DNA from: Octopus vulgaris
Lineage: Eukaryota
DNA: 64,000 nucleotides
Assembly (NCBI GenBank): GCA_951406725.2
Contig: OX597820.1
Span: 1,674,001-1,738,000, forward strand
Reading direction: 5' to 3'
Positions 1 through 13,800 of this stretch are shown here, in pieces. The translations under genes and the position numbers were made by a program. Every line of letters begins with the position of its first letter. Position 1 is the first letter of the stretch. Under the pieces are notes generated by a model that worked only from the letters and a program-made list of their open reading frames with translations, was not told where the DNA came from and did no database searches.

Positions 1-300
1 GATAGGGCGTTGTGAGTGTTTATTGAGCGAAAACACCTAAAGTTCAACGAGGCTCCGGCAGGAGATGGTGGCGAACCCTGCTGTAGTCTTTCACCATAAC
101 TTTCTCTCACTCTTTCTTCCTGTTTCTGTTGTACCTGTAATTCAAAGGGCCAGCCTTGTCACGCTGAATCTCCCCGAGAACTACGTTAAGGGTACACGTG
201 TTTGTGGAGTGCTCAGCCACTTGCGCGTTAATTTCACGAGCAGGCTGGTCCGTTGATTGGATCAACTGGAACCCTCCTCGTCGTAACCGACGGAGTGCCA
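1..300 (+). mobile_element. tRNA-derived SINE, family A (5' end cut by window edge)
   Basis: GGGCGTTGTGAGTGTTTATTGAGCGAAAACACCTAAAG..GAGGCTCCGGCAGG recurs at ~18805-19098 (-), 25521-25685 (+) and 32755-33030 (+), where A-box/B-box-like heads are visible. The 3' part recurs at 13007-13190 (-). Confidence 0.8.
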
Positions 301-739
301 CGATGATGATTATGTGTGTGTTATATCTTTTGTCTTTTTACTTGTTTCAGTCATTTGACTGCAGTCATGCTGGGGCATATATCGACCCCTCCATATTTAT
401 ATTTTAAGCCTGGTATTTATTTTATCGAACTCTTTTGCAGAAGAGCTAAGTTACTGAAACATGCCAACAACAGTTGTTAAGCAGTGATGCGGGACAAAAT
501 AAACGCAAGTACACACACAGATATACATATATACGACAGGTTTCTTTCAGTTTCTGTCACTATATAAGATATTTACAACTTGAACTACGATGAAAAACAT
601 ATGAAAGGTATGGTATATAATGTATTTTTGTGCAGGGGTTCCTTGCGACGTGTAATTTATTTTAAGGGTTATGCAAGGGTAAAAAGTTTGAGAACACTGC
701 CTTAGAGTGTGCTTCTTGTTCGGATGTATGATCCACTGA

Positions 740-862
<123 letters not shown>

Positions 863-886
863 AGAGAGAGAGAGAGAGAGAGAGAG

Positions 887-954
<68 letters not shown>

Positions 955-955
<1 letters not shown>

Positions 956-1128
956 CGGACGGGTTTCCACAGAGTTTCTGTTTACAAAATCCACTCACAT
1001 GACTTTGGTTGACTCGGGGCTATAGTAAAAGACGCTTGCCTTAGTTGCCGCGCTGTGGGACTGAACCCGGAACCATGTGGTTGGGAAGCAAAGCAAACTT
1101 CTTACGACGCTGTCACGCCTGCGCCTAT
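955..1128 (-). mobile_element. tRNA-derived SINE, family B head
   Basis: Reverse complement of the GTGTGGTAAG..AACCACATGGTTCCGGGTTCAGTCCCACTGCGTGGCACCTTGGGCAAG..GGATTTGGTAGACGGAAACTGAAAGAAG consensus. Other copies near 2032, 4718, 7870, 8452, 16453, 17370, 18062, 19240, 28767, 29325, 32388, 34837, 35014, 45235, 51768. Confidence 0.85.
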
Positions 1129-1129
1129 G

Positions 1130-1163
<34 letters not shown>

Positions 1164-1204
1164 GTTTTTACAAAAGTTATAAATATCTCGCGAAATTTAC
1201 TTCA

Positions 1205-1497
1205 TACGGGCACGCATTCCCCTCTGAGGCGCAAGGCCGTGCAAGGTTGTTTATGAAAGACCCGCGGTCGTCCATGCATAGCAGCTTCTCCTCTCCACTC
1301 CACCGATGTTATTCATGGGAACGACAGAGGCCAATACAGCCTGGCACCAGTGACATCACAACCCATTTCTACAGCTGAGCGAACTGGAGCAATGTGAAAT
1401 AGCGTCTTGCTCAAGAACACAACGCACAACCCAGTCCAAGAATCGAACTCACTACCTGATGATTGTGAGCCTGACGCTCTAATCACTGAGCCATGTG
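1205..1497 (-). mobile_element. tRNA-derived SINE, family C
   Basis: Head TGGCTCAGTGATTAGAGCG..GTTCGATTC followed by TTGAGCAAGAC..TTCAC..CTCAGCTG. Related copies at ~6465-6715 (-), 8085-8370 (+), 15385-15585 (+), 48380-48545 (-). Confidence 0.75.
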
Positions 1498-1629
1498 ACT
1501 CATTAAGCTGTGCCTAAATGCGGGAGAAACACAATCCTGTTAACAATACAATCAATAACATTGACAAGAGAAATAGCAACAAAGCTGTGAATAGATGATA
1601 AGAATAAATTCAGCAGGCGGGAAGCAGGA

Positions 1630-1701
1630 AGCAGAGTGGCGCAGTGGAAGCGTGCTGGGCCCATAACCCAGAGGTCCGTAGATCGAAACTACGCTCTGCT
1701 A
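1630..1701 (+). tRNA. tRNA-iMet-CAT: Initiator tRNA-Met (anticodon CAT)
   Basis: Sequence AGCAGAGTGGCGCAGTGGAAGCGTGCTGGGCCCATAACCCAGAGGTCCGTAGATCGAAACTACGCTCTGCTA. Acceptor stem AGCAGAG/CTCTGCT with A1:U72, GGG/CCC in the anticodon stem, T-stem CGTAG/CTACG with ATCGAAA loop (A54, A60). These are the eukaryotic initiator hallmarks. Confidence 0.97.
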
Positions 1702-1702
1702 A

Positions 1703-1708
1703 TTTTTT
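1703..1708 (+). terminator. Pol III T-run terminator of the tRNA-iMet
   Basis: TTTTTT immediately after the tRNA 3' end. Confidence 0.8.
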
Positions 1709-2183
1709 CTTTGCGTTGTGGCTACGTAAACGTCTTGTACATGTAGTGTACTCTATTTTTTTCTTTCTTTGTTTTCTTTGTTTCTGTCACTTGACTGCGG
1801 CCATACTGGAGCACCGCTTTCAAAGGTTTTTAGCCGAACAAGTCGACCCTAGGACATATTTTAAAAGTATAGTGCTTATTCTATCGCCTTTCATTTACTA
1901 TTTTTATAAATATTTCATTGGGCTTAATTCGTATATGAATAATTCATTATAATTACATTACATATTATGAATACATTAAATATTATGAATAATTCATTAC
2001 ATTTATTTGTCCTAAATATTATAAAATTACAGGCGTGGCTGTTTTATAATAAGCTTGCTTCCTAACCACATAGTTCCGGGTTCAGTCCCACTGCATGGCA
2101 CCTATAGCCTCAGGCCAACCAAAGCCTTGCGTGTGGATTTGGTAGACAGAAACTGAAACAAGCCCGTCGTATATTTATATATA

Positions 2184-2460
2184 AATGTGGTGTAATCAAT
2201 AAGTATCCGGACTGTAGCCTTAGTAACGAAGCTAAAGCACGCGGAGTTAAGCCGCTTGGTACAGATTGACCTTGAACTCTGCTAGGCATGTGCACTAAGT
2301 TTTAACGTTCTAGTTCATTTCCGCTGTTTACAGCAGTGCTTAGAAGGAAGGTGTATAGCGTGTGATCATCGACCATGACAGAAAGCTGACCAGAGAATCT
2401 GCATCAACTTTTGCCAAAAGCTTGGCGATACCTGCTCAGAGACCTATGCAGAGTTTTCAA
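2184..2460 (+). mobile_element. 5' fragment of a mariner-like transposon
   Basis: TIR-like start (AATCAATAAGTATCCGGACTG), then a frame reading QRICINFCQKLGDTCSETYAEF, resembling the mariner transposase N-terminal HTH. Confidence 0.5.
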
Positions 2461-4647
2461 AAGATTATGTAACAGACTTCAAACCATATTACTAAGAACT
2501 TTCAATATTCTTACATTCACAGAATCGTGTTGAGAATCGATGAAATGTTCAAATTCCATCAGTCAAAAACGCTTTTCATCTTTCCGAGATCGTTAACCTA
2601 AGAACCAGTCCCAATAAGATTTATACGATTGATCATAAGCATTTTCTTCTCACCGATTTGTGACTTTAGACTTGTATCAGAAATGAGTATCTTTTTTATT
2701 AGTTGTTAACTAGCTTTGAACTACTGACCATTCCATAAATTTCTATATTCCCTCTAACTAATGTTGTCTGTCTAACTATGGTGTCTGTCTGCTCCCTCAG
2801 CCCTACCCCTTTCTTTCATTTTGTCGCAGAAACCGTTTAGAAACGTACGACATCGACAAGATTACCGAAGAAATTTCTAGTTATGCGCTGCAACAATTTT
2901 TTGGTTATAAATACGAGTGAGGAGATGCAGATCGACGAACGGACAGAGAGTGTTTTCAACAAAACTGGTTCTCATCATCTTTGGCTCATTTATAATCACA
3001 TTCTGACGTTTTATACATCAGACGATACCAGAATATAACATATGGATTGATATATTTATCAATAAGTTTTCGTGGTAATTTACATAACGAAATGAAACAA
3101 ATTTGAGGTTATAACATTAAAATACTGTCTGTAGAAGTCTAGTAATAGATACGCATATAGAATTTATTGATTCACATTGTCTGTAGTATGTTATATAATT
3201 TTCTTTGATACATAGTCATACATGCAGTATGACATATGCGTATACGTTATTATGCATATAATTAATCATAAATACATACATGTACACATACATTTATTTA
3301 TACACATGCATATATTTACACACACATACGCACACACACATATATATGCGTGTGTGTGTGTGTAGAAAAAGAGAGAGAGATAATGGTTCAAATAAACAAA
3401 GAAACACGCTTGAGCTTGTTATATTAAATACACACACATATAAACAGGTAAATATATATAGGGATATAACATAGGGAGAAACAAACTGAAAATATCCAGA
3501 TGAACATTCATGTATGAGCATATAGATATTTTTATATTTACAGAACATAATTATACGGTGTACAAATAGTACAGAGAACTAAGGGGAGAGAGCATGGTAT
3601 TTTAAGTCCAACAGCTGTTTCTAGGTGCTCGGAATCGCGTAATAGTTGTAATGTTGGCAGATAGAGTGTGCAAAAGGTTAAGAATATGCAACCAGTTGTG
3701 GAGACATTAAGGAAGGTGTTTACTTATGATTGGGAGGCAAAAGGGAAATTCAAAGAATGAAGGTGGATTGCAGCAGAGGAAAAATACTGAAGTATGTAGA
3801 AATATATGAGAATTAGTGAGAGGTAGAGAGAGAGGGGAAAAGGGAGAGATAGGTTGGTAGCAATGGCAAGAGGTAGATAGTGCTAAATGGTTCTCGTTGA
3901 AGACGAAGCTAGAGGAAGTGGGGAAGGAATTCGAAGTACGAGGGTGGGATGGCGGTAAAGGAGGATGTGCTAGGTGGGAGAAATGTGAGAAGAGATCAAA
4001 ATAAGCAACAAGGATATCCAGAGGTAATGCAGTACGATTGTTTCATGCAACTCCATTTAATTGAACAATGCAATCATTGCATCAATTTAAAATGCAGAGC
4101 AATCTTCAGCTGCACAAAGACATAGAATTTAACTAAATTAGATCAGATGGATACATTAGTATAATTATACCCAAAATCTCCAATAAGTTAAACAGATAGA
4201 CAAAGAACATGCTGTTCCTGCTCCAGCATAGAAGTTACTAAGCTTTTCAAGAAGATATACATAGTTACAGACTCTATGGTGTCTGTCTGCTCCCTCAGCC
4301 CTACCCCTAAAAGATACTGCCCTTCTGTTCTCTCGGCCTTAGATATACAAGGGTTTTGATAAACTAGTCTATAAATTGAAACTGACCCCATAAAAAAAAA
4401 ATCAGTGACAGGCAGAGTCTGTAACAATGTAATTCTTCTTGAAAAGCTTAGTAACTTCTATGCTGGAGCAGGAACAGCATGTTCTTTGTCTATCTGTTTA
4501 ACTTATTGGAGATTTTGGGTCCTCCAAGGACTAGAGGTGGGAGATCTTATGATTCATACTACCCTTGTCCCTTCCAGTTTTCTCTTCGTAAGGTTTCCTT
4601 TGAAATTCTAAATTCCAATTCCCCATCACAACATAAACGCACACACA

Positions 4648-4701
<54 letters not shown>

Positions 4702-5668
4702 TATACATATATACAAAAGACTTCTTTCAGTTTCTGTCTAACAAATCCACTCACAAGGCTTTGGTCGGCCTGGGGACATAACAGAAGATATCTGCCCAAA
4801 GTGCTACGCAGTGGGACTGAACCCGGAACCATGTGGTTGGGAATTACGCTTCTTAACACACAGCCACACTTGCGTCTTTATGCATGATTTATCAATACAG
4901 GTGTAGATGTGTGTGTTAATGAATGTATCTATGTGTGGCGTGTCATAAATTTCTTTAGAATTATTAGTGAATATACGTGAGAGAAGTTTATATGCACACT
5001 ACAAATTCTTCTTCATACACCAGTATATCTTCTACGTCTTTGTTTCTGTTTATACTTTTAATGTGAACAGGGTCTCGTGTCTTTGTAGATGTGTGTCTTG
5101 AGTGCGTAAATATGTATGTATATATTTATGATGTTTAAATTTTTAGAAAGTATAAAAGAATATTATAATAGCAGTTTTAAATATCTTGACGCAGGTCATA
5201 TATGATATATGTTATATAGATTCATTAAATATGCAGTGGCTTGAAATAGATGATTAAAATCATAAAATAAGTAAGTAGTTGTGGAAAGGGGAAAAAGCGG
5301 GGCGAGAAACGAAAATTAAGATTTAGTGTTGAATCTTTTTAGGCCATCTAGATTGCAAAGAATTTTAAGGTACGAATTTATGTGTGTGCTCGCGCGCGTC
5401 TGCCTACGTGTGAGCATCTGCATATGCAATGCTTTTTTACGCTTAGGTACGTGACGACGCTCACACATACTTGCACACACAAATACACATATTTATAGAT
5501 GGATAGAAAAATAGACATATTTAAATAGAGACACATACACATACACACACACGCACACGCGCGCGCACACACATACACAGATTTATAGAAATAAACATAG
5601 ATACAGGTAAAGAAAGCGATACATACATATGTACACACACATTCATATAAATATACATGTATAGATTC

Positions 5669-5719
<51 letters not shown>

Positions 5720-5793
5720 TGTATATATGTATATTTATGCATATATCTATCTATCTGTCTATCCATCTGTAAATATATATATCTAATTAATGA

Positions 5794-5849
<56 letters not shown>

Positions 5850-6396
5850 TAAATTAATAAAATTATATATATATAAATTAATAAAATTTCATATATACTA
5901 AAATTGAAAAAGAAAAATCTAATAATTCCAAATAAAGGTAAAAAGAAATACATCAAACCCACGTAAGAGCATAAGAACACTAGCATACACTCACAAATGC
6001 ACGCACCTACAAACACACTCAAACACACAAACACGAGAATAGATAAATCTAACATGCAAACATGCATAAGTATACACGAAGATATATATACTTAATAGTA
6101 TTATATAGTACATTTAAAATACTACATGGGAAAACTTTAAAGTCAAGCCTATATTAGAATTTTAATTGAATTCATTCTTTCATTCTTTTGCTTGTTTTAG
6201 TCATTTGACTGCAGCCTTGCTGGAGCATCGTATTTTAGTCGAGGAAATCGACCACAGGACTTAGACATTGTAAGCCTGGTACTTATTCTATCCGAACCGC
6301 TAAGTTACTGGGACGTAAACACACCAACATCAGTTGTCAAGTAATGAAAGAGGGGACAAACACGATGACACACACACATACATATGATAGATAGAT

Positions 6397-6452
<56 letters not shown>

Positions 6453-6752
6453 AAAGATAACGATCCTTCGGAAGTCGTATAGACCCATAGGGCCGGTTTC
6501 TTGATTTCCACGGCGCATATATTCCCCACATGAGCGGGGCGCCGAGTCCTCGCAGGTTTACTTATTTTTGCCAGCTGAGTGAACGGGGGAAACGTGAAAT
6601 GAATAATTTTGCACAAGAACGCAACGCATCGTCCGGTGGTCAAGGAATCGAGACCACACTCGTATGATCAAAGAGTGAGTCCCACAACCCTAACCACTAA
6701 GCAACATGCCTCCACTGTAGATTGGATACATCTTTAATATTTCTCATCTTTA

Positions 6753-6808
<56 letters not shown>

Positions 6809-6949
6809 TTTAACAAAGGCATGCTGTACAAAGTCGAATACAAATTTCCCTTCCTCTAATATTCCCTCTTTTTTTGTCCTCCCGATAAATTCAGTCGAAA
6901 AATCATCCTACCGATTCCCCCGATCCAGCTGACCATCACTCTCTTTTAA

Positions 6950-7342
6950 TTTCTTATTTCTTTACTGCCCACAAGGGGCTACACAAAGAGGGGACAAACA
7001 AGGACAGACAAAAGGATTAAGTCGAGTATATCGATTCCAGTGCGTAACTAATACTTATTTAACCGACCCCGAAAGGATGAAAGGCAAAGTCGACCTCGGT
7101 GGAATTTGAACTCAGAACGTAGCGGCAGACGAAATACCTATTTCTTTAGTACCCACAAGAGCCTAAACACAGAGAGGACAAACAAGGACAGACAAACGAA
7201 TTAAGTCGATTATATCGACCCCAGTGCGTAACTGGTACCTAATTTATCGACCCCGAAAGGATGAAAGGCAAAGTCGACCTCCTCGGAATTTGAACTCAGA
7301 ACGCAGCGGCGGACGAAATACGTTTCTGCCAGCTCGCCGCCT
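6950..7342 (-). mobile_element. SINE family D, two tandem units
   Basis: Two ~184-bp units containing the reverse complement of GAGTTCAAATTCCGCCGAGGTCGACTTTGCCTTTCATCCTTTCGGGGTCGATAAATTAAGTACC. Confidence 0.8.
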
Positions 7343-7700
7343 TTTCTTTTAATTTCTCGCCTCTCTTTTAATTTCTATCTTTGCTCATTCATTCTAGTGT
7401 CAACAAACTTGAACTTAATTCTCCGAATTTTTTTCCTTTACTCTTAAATAAAATATCTTTTATATTTCTTGTCTTACACTTGTTTCAGTTATTAGACTGT
7501 GACCATACTGGGGTACCATCTTGTCTGTGACCATGCTGGGGCACCATCTTGACCCCAGTACATAGGTTTTTTTAAGATCCTTCGGTATCTTTTGCCGAAC
7601 CGCTAGATTACGAAAACATTAACAAACCAGCATGGTTTGTGAAGCGGTGTGGATGGACAAACACAAAGACACACAAGCGTGCGCGTGCACGCGAACACAC

Positions 7701-7778
<78 letters not shown>

Positions 7779-9418
7779 CTCACACATACATACACGCGCG
7801 CGCACATACACACACAACACACGAAACACACACACAACACACGAAACACACACACACACACACATGAAACAGGATTCAACACAGTTTCCAGCTACGAAAT
7901 TCACTCACAAGATATTGGTCAGCCCGGTGCTATAGTAGAAGACAGTTAGCCAAGGTGGTGCATAGTGGTATTGAATCCGAAACCACAATGCTGTAAAGTG
8001 AGCTTCTTAACCACACCTGCGTAAATATGTATGTATATTTAACCACACCTGCATCTATAAAATACATTCTTGTATAGGAAAATATGTGGGCTCAAGGCTC
8101 AGTGGTTAGAGCGTCGAACTCACAATCATCGGGTAGAGAGTTCGATTCCTGCACTGGGCTGCATGTTGTGTTTTTGAGCAAGACACTTTATTTCATGTTG
8201 TTCCATTTCACTCAGCTGTAGGAAGGAGTTGCTATGTCACTGGTGCCAAGCTGTATCGTCCTTTCCTTTATCTCTTCAATAACATCAGTGGCATGGAGAG
8301 GGGAGGCTGGTATGCATGGGCGACTGCTAGTCTTCCATAAATAACCTTGCCCAGTCTTGTTCCTCGGCGAGGAATGCGCATGCGCATGTGTGCGAAGTAA
8401 ATTTTACGAGATATTTATAACTTTCGTAAAAAAAGAAAAAAACCTACATAGGCGCAGGCGTAACAGCGTGGTAAGAAGTTTGCTTCTCAACCACATGGTT
8501 CCGAGTTCGGTCCGACTTGGATAACATGGAGGACGTGGAGAGGGGAGGCTGGAACAACTTTGCCCGGACTTGTACTCTGGAGGGTAACTTCCTAAGTACA
8601 ATCGCAAGGTCATTCTTGACCGAAGAAAATATGTCTTCACGATTTTAAATAATCAGTTGAGAACCCTTTCCATTGTTCTCTATAGAAACTTTAGAAAAGT
8701 AAATTCCCTAATAATTTTGACTCTACCTTTTAGTATCTTTCCTCATTATCTCCAACTAGATTTCAGATTTCTCAAAGAAACTGCTTTAGCCATTTCGTGA
8801 AACCTGAAATCTTAATTTAAATATTACGTGCGCTGTAAAATGGTGAGCTACCAGAATCGTTAGTGCGTCGACCAAGATGCTAAGTGGCATTTCTTCTGAT
8901 TCTTTACGTTCAGAGTTCAAAATTCCCCAAAACGACTTTGATGAAAGGCAAAGTCGACTTCAGTGGAGTTAGAACTCAAAACAAAATGCCGCTAACCAAT
9001 TTTCCCAGTGCGCTAACGATTTTTCCAGCTCGCCACCTTAATACATTGAAAATATTGAATTCAAATTTGGCACAGAGCCAGTAATTTTTAGGGGAGGGGT
9101 AAGTCGATTACATTGACCTCAGTATTCAACTGGTACTTATCTTGCTGACCCCGAACGGATAAAAAGTAAAGTCGACCTCGGTGGAATTTGAACCCAGAAT
9201 ATGAACTTAGAAAATATTGACAATAATTTCTAACTGTTTATGTTCCCCTAAGCTGTTTGACCAAACAATGTCGATGAAATAAGTACCTGACTTAAAACAA
9301 ATACCGGAGTAGAATTCCTTGAGTAAACCCTTAATCATGCATCACATGTGCCCTGAAGGCTCATCTGAGAATCATTAACCTAAGCATTTGACAGCGTTCT
9401 ACTATCATTTGAAATGAA

Positions 9419-9647
9419 TTGACCCCTTTAGCCTTTAAACCGGTCATATCCAGCCAAAATATTTTACCTTTCTTGTGTTAATACCAGCCAGATCTCACTT
9501 TTCACACCTACTCTGTAAGGTCATTCTAAAAATAAATAATCACATCATCAAAATTTCAAAGCTATGAGATAATGCAGATAAAAATCAAAACAATGTGAGT
9601 AAATAAGCACTTCATTTGATAAAGTAATCTGAATTCTAAAGGGTTAA
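9419..9647. mobile_element. piggyBac-like MITE
   Basis: Ends TTGA-CCCCTTTAG...CTAAAGGG-TTAA: CCC/GGG termini with a TTAA-type target site, the left copy degenerate. Confidence 0.6.
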
Positions 9648-10989
9648 ATTTTAATAAACAAGACTACGTTGCTTGGAATTCTTAACAGCACCATTCTAAC
9701 GGTAAGTGTCCGGCTCCAAAGACCTCGAAGTTTGTTAGAATATCGTTTTCGTCCTCAACAAATAATGATGTTCGCCTGGTTTTACCGTAGTTCATACACC
9801 AGTAGGTGTAACGTGTGGGTAAGTAAACAACTTGCTAATCAGCCAGACGCCGTTCTATTATTTCATAACGTACAATGCCGTGTCCGTTACAAAAATACGA
9901 TGGTTAACATGCGGTTTAGCGTCGTAATGAAAGTGAAAGTAAATTACGATAGTGATGATTACAGACTCGCATCATTTTATTACATATACAGGTAGACCAA
10001 AAGTCACACTCAAAATATGTTCAATACGCATCAAAATCATCAAAAACATGCTTTTGAGTATACCCGTACTTGTACATGATGAACAAAATGAATATATAGT
10101 CAGTGTATGGACGTTCTCACCATGATCAACAGACATTAAAGAACGGTTCACAACTTTACGACTAGTTAAGTTGCCTAAACTAATATAGTAAACCCACCCG
10201 TTTTTCACTAGTATTCATTGTTGGGTATCACTTCCCGGCCTTTTGACTGAGATTAGCGTGTGATATTCATTGCTGAGTAAACTATGTTGCTATGGTATAA
10301 CTCAACCGCGATTTCAGAAGAATTCATACTATTGGTAAATGATACTATATGTCCAACTACGTGACTTTGTTTATGAAATTATGAGATACCGCTGTCGTCA
10401 CTTAGGGTTTGTATCACAGTTGTATTTTGACTTTGTTACGACTCTAAACTGCATGTTAACCGATACGAGCTTCCTGCTTCCCGACAGAATTCATCAACAA
10501 TTATCTATTCTACAAAATGTATTATTTTGACAGAAATTAAATCTATCATAATATATAACTCAATTAAAATAATATTTTAAAATACTTAAAAATGCAATCT
10601 TAGTGATAATAAATTCGATGTCTTTAATGAAAAAAAAGCACCTGCTTATAATATATATGGCAAGAGAAGGCATTTGCGACTGGCAGGCTGCCAGAAGTGG
10701 CTGTAGAATGCACATGCTAGATTAAAATCATCGTTTGTCTTTCTTTTATCCTCATGAATTTTGATACGCAAATATTTATGAGGTGATTTACTATCATATT
10801 TTAATATATTTATTAATAAACGCTTAAATATTTTCGTGATATACGACATAGATATACATACATACATATTTACACACACACCTACACACAGGCACAGACA
10901 TACAGCCTTCCATTCTTCCACCTGTGCATCCATCCATCCATCCATCCATACATTCATCCATCCATTCATTCATTCAATCGTCGAAGCAT

Positions 10990-11374
10990 ACATCCATACA
11001 CACATCCATTTACTATACATACATACATACATACATACATACATACATACATACATACATACATACATACATACATACATACATACATACATACATACAT
11101 ACATACACATACATACATACATACATACATACATACATACATACATACACACATACATACATGCATGCATGCACACATACATACATACATACATACATAC
11201 TTGCATTCATAAATACATACATACATACATACATACATACATACATACATACATACATACATACATACATACATACATACATACATACATACATACATAC
11301 ATACATACATGCATACACATACATACATACATACATACATACATACATGCATGCATGCATACATACATACATAC

Positions 11375-11405
<31 letters not shown>

Positions 11406-11518
11406 CATACATACATACATACATACATACATACATACATACATACATGCATGCACACATACATACATACATACATACATACATACATACATGCATGCAT
11501 GCATACATACATACATAC

Positions 11519-11549
<31 letters not shown>

Positions 11550-11615
11550 CATACATACATACATACATACATACATACATACATGCATGCATGCACACAC
11601 ATACATACATACATA
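10990..11615. repeat. (ACAT)n microsatellite with ATGC interruptions
   Basis: Directly visible. Source of the spurious YIHT/MYVC ORFs. Confidence 0.95.
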
Positions 11616-11631
11616 GACACACACACACATA

Positions 11632-12740
11632 TACGAGATGGTGTCAAAACATTTCTGGACTAGTTCTGTAGCGCGCCAACTGTTGGCAGCACACGGTTGC
11701 GGTACAGTGAGATCTAGCGGTGACCTCCATGAGGCAGTATGCCGAGTAACATCGCTATGTTTACTTTGCATGTATGCACTAGTTGGCGATTTTATCATGG
11801 ACAGGAAATTGGAAAAAAAAAAAGCTAACGTGAGCTCTTGCGTTAAACCTGGGAAGTCTACAACAGAGACATTGAGCATACGTTTGCAAGTTTACAGCGA
11901 CGAGGCAATGAGTCATACGCAATGATTCGAGTGATACGGGAACTTCAAACGAGCCGCAGCTCAATCAAGCCGCAGTTCAATCGGCGAGCTGGCAGAAACG
12001 TTAGCACGCCGGGCGAAATGCGTAGCCGTATTTCGTCTGCCGTTACGTTCTGAGTTCAAATTCCGCCGAGGTCGGCTTTGCCTTTCATCCTTTCGGGGTC
12101 GATAAATTAAGTACCAGTTACGCATTGCGGTCGATCTAATCGACTTAATCCGTCTGTCTGTCCTTGTTTGTCCCTTCTATGTTTAGCCCCATGTGGGCAA
12201 TAAAGAAATAAGAGCATCCATGCTCATCGTTTTTTCGATATCCGTCGTATTGTGCATCGAGAATCCGTCCCTCAGGGCCTGACCGTCGATCGAGAGTTCT
12301 ACAGCGACGTTTTGAAGTATTTGAAGGAGGACATTTGGCGAAAGCGACCGGATCTGTGGAGCACGAAGAACTGGATTCTTTACGACAATGTACCCTGTCA
12401 CAGAGCCCGCCTCGCTCGTAAGTTTCTCGCCAAAAACAACATGGTGTCGCTTCTGCACCTGCCCTATTCGCCATATTTACCACCTGCGGACTTCCATCTC
12501 TTCTTCAAGAAGAAAATGAAGCTCAAAGGTCGCCGTTTTAACCGTTATCGAAATCAAGAGCGAATTGCAGAAAGCCCTCAACTGACTTACAGAAAACGAC
12601 TTCCAGGCCGAATTCCAAAAGTGGCAGGAACGCTGTGACCGGTGTATTTACTTCTCAAGGTGACTATTTCGAAGGATGTGATGTTAAAACTTTTTTTATT
12701 AAACATAACTAGTCCGAGAACTTTTTGATACTACCTCGTA
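11632..12740 (+). mobile_element. Decayed mariner transposon with a SINE insertion
   Basis: Imperfect 34-bp TIRs (TACGAGATGGTGTCAAAACATTTCTGGACTAGTT / AACTAGTCCGAGAACTTTTTGATACTACCTCGTA) with TA ends. ORF remnants contain WILYDNVPCH and PYSPYLPPADFHLF (mariner YSPDLAPxD motif). Frameshifted and internally deleted. Confidence 0.9.
11983..12212 (+). mobile_element. SINE family D, single near-complete copy inside the mariner
   Basis: GGCGAGCTGGCAGAAACGTTAGCACGCCGGGCGAAATGC..GAGTTCAAATTCCGCC tRNA-like head, conserved body, ends AATAAAGAAATAAG. Confidence 0.85.
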
Positions 12741-12849
12741 TATATAAACCCACAAACATAAATATGTGAGAATGTGTTTGTGTGTGCACGCATGGTCACA
12801 TGCCTAGGTATTGGCCTCATTTTGGAATTGTGCGTGTGAACGTATGTGC

Positions 12850-12973
<124 letters not shown>

Positions 12974-13429
12974 GTATGTATGAAAAAAAAAAATATATAT
13001 ATATAACTGACACTCCGTCGGTTACGACGACGTGGGTTCCGTTGATCCGATCAAGGGAACAGCCTTCTCGTGAAATTAACGTGCATGTAGTTGAGCACTC
13101 TGCAGATACGTGTACCCTTAACGAAGTTCTCAAGGATGTTCAGTGTGACGCAGAATATGACACGGCTGGCCCTTTGAAATACAGGTACTACTCATTTTTT
13201 GCACCTGAGTGGACTAGAGCAAGGTGAAATAAAGTGTGTCCCTCAAGGACCCAACGTGTCGCCAGGAATTGAACTCACGACTTTTCGATCGTGAGCCGAA
13301 TACCCTAACCACTAAGCCACGCTCCTTCACACACCCACAACCACACACACACACACACATCTTACAACCCCTAAGCACAATCAGTGTTTGATCGGCCAAT
13401 CAACTTGGATAAAGATGCATCATTCCATG

Positions 13430-13800
13430 TTCATATTACTAAAACGGCAACAATGTGCTGGTGTTTATTTAGTTGGATTCTGCGATTTATCAGAACAAGA
13501 AATAAAATGAGAAAAGATATTGGTCCTATATTGGTTCTCAATAGCTTGGATTGCTGCTCACAATTATGGCCCCAACAAAGCATCAAAATAATAGCCGAGA
13601 TCGAGTTAATCTAACGCTACTATCTCAAGAAGATTGTCCTACTACAAAGATGAGCTGCCGGGAGAGACTAAAAGAACTGAAGCGCTACTTCCAAGAGCGA
13701 AATCGCGGAAGACATGCACTGATGAATATATTGGAATATGCTAGAGATTGTAGCACCTAACTTTGAGATTGAAAGCAATGCCAACCTCCAAACTGGATGT
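13430..13800 (+). mobile_element. Decayed CR1/L2-group LINE fragment
   Basis: Translates to LDCCSQLWPQ..AEIE and MSCRERLKELKRYFQERNRGRH, matching the post-RT LEYCxxxW and YxERLxxLxLxSLExRR motifs. Confidence 0.65.

Noticed and set aside
2460-4620. Possible coding remnant with a shared 33-bp word (2776-2808 vs 4274-4307)
   Set aside because: Probably old retroelement debris; no interpretable protein motif could be read.
8085-8160. SINE heads as additional tRNA genes
   Set aside because: They have A/B-box-like motifs but no complete cloverleaf, and they continue into shared SINE bodies.
10836-11879. Long ORFs of 220-288 aa (YIHT / MYVC repeats)
   Set aside because: Translations of the (ACAT)n microsatellite, which lacks stops in several frames.
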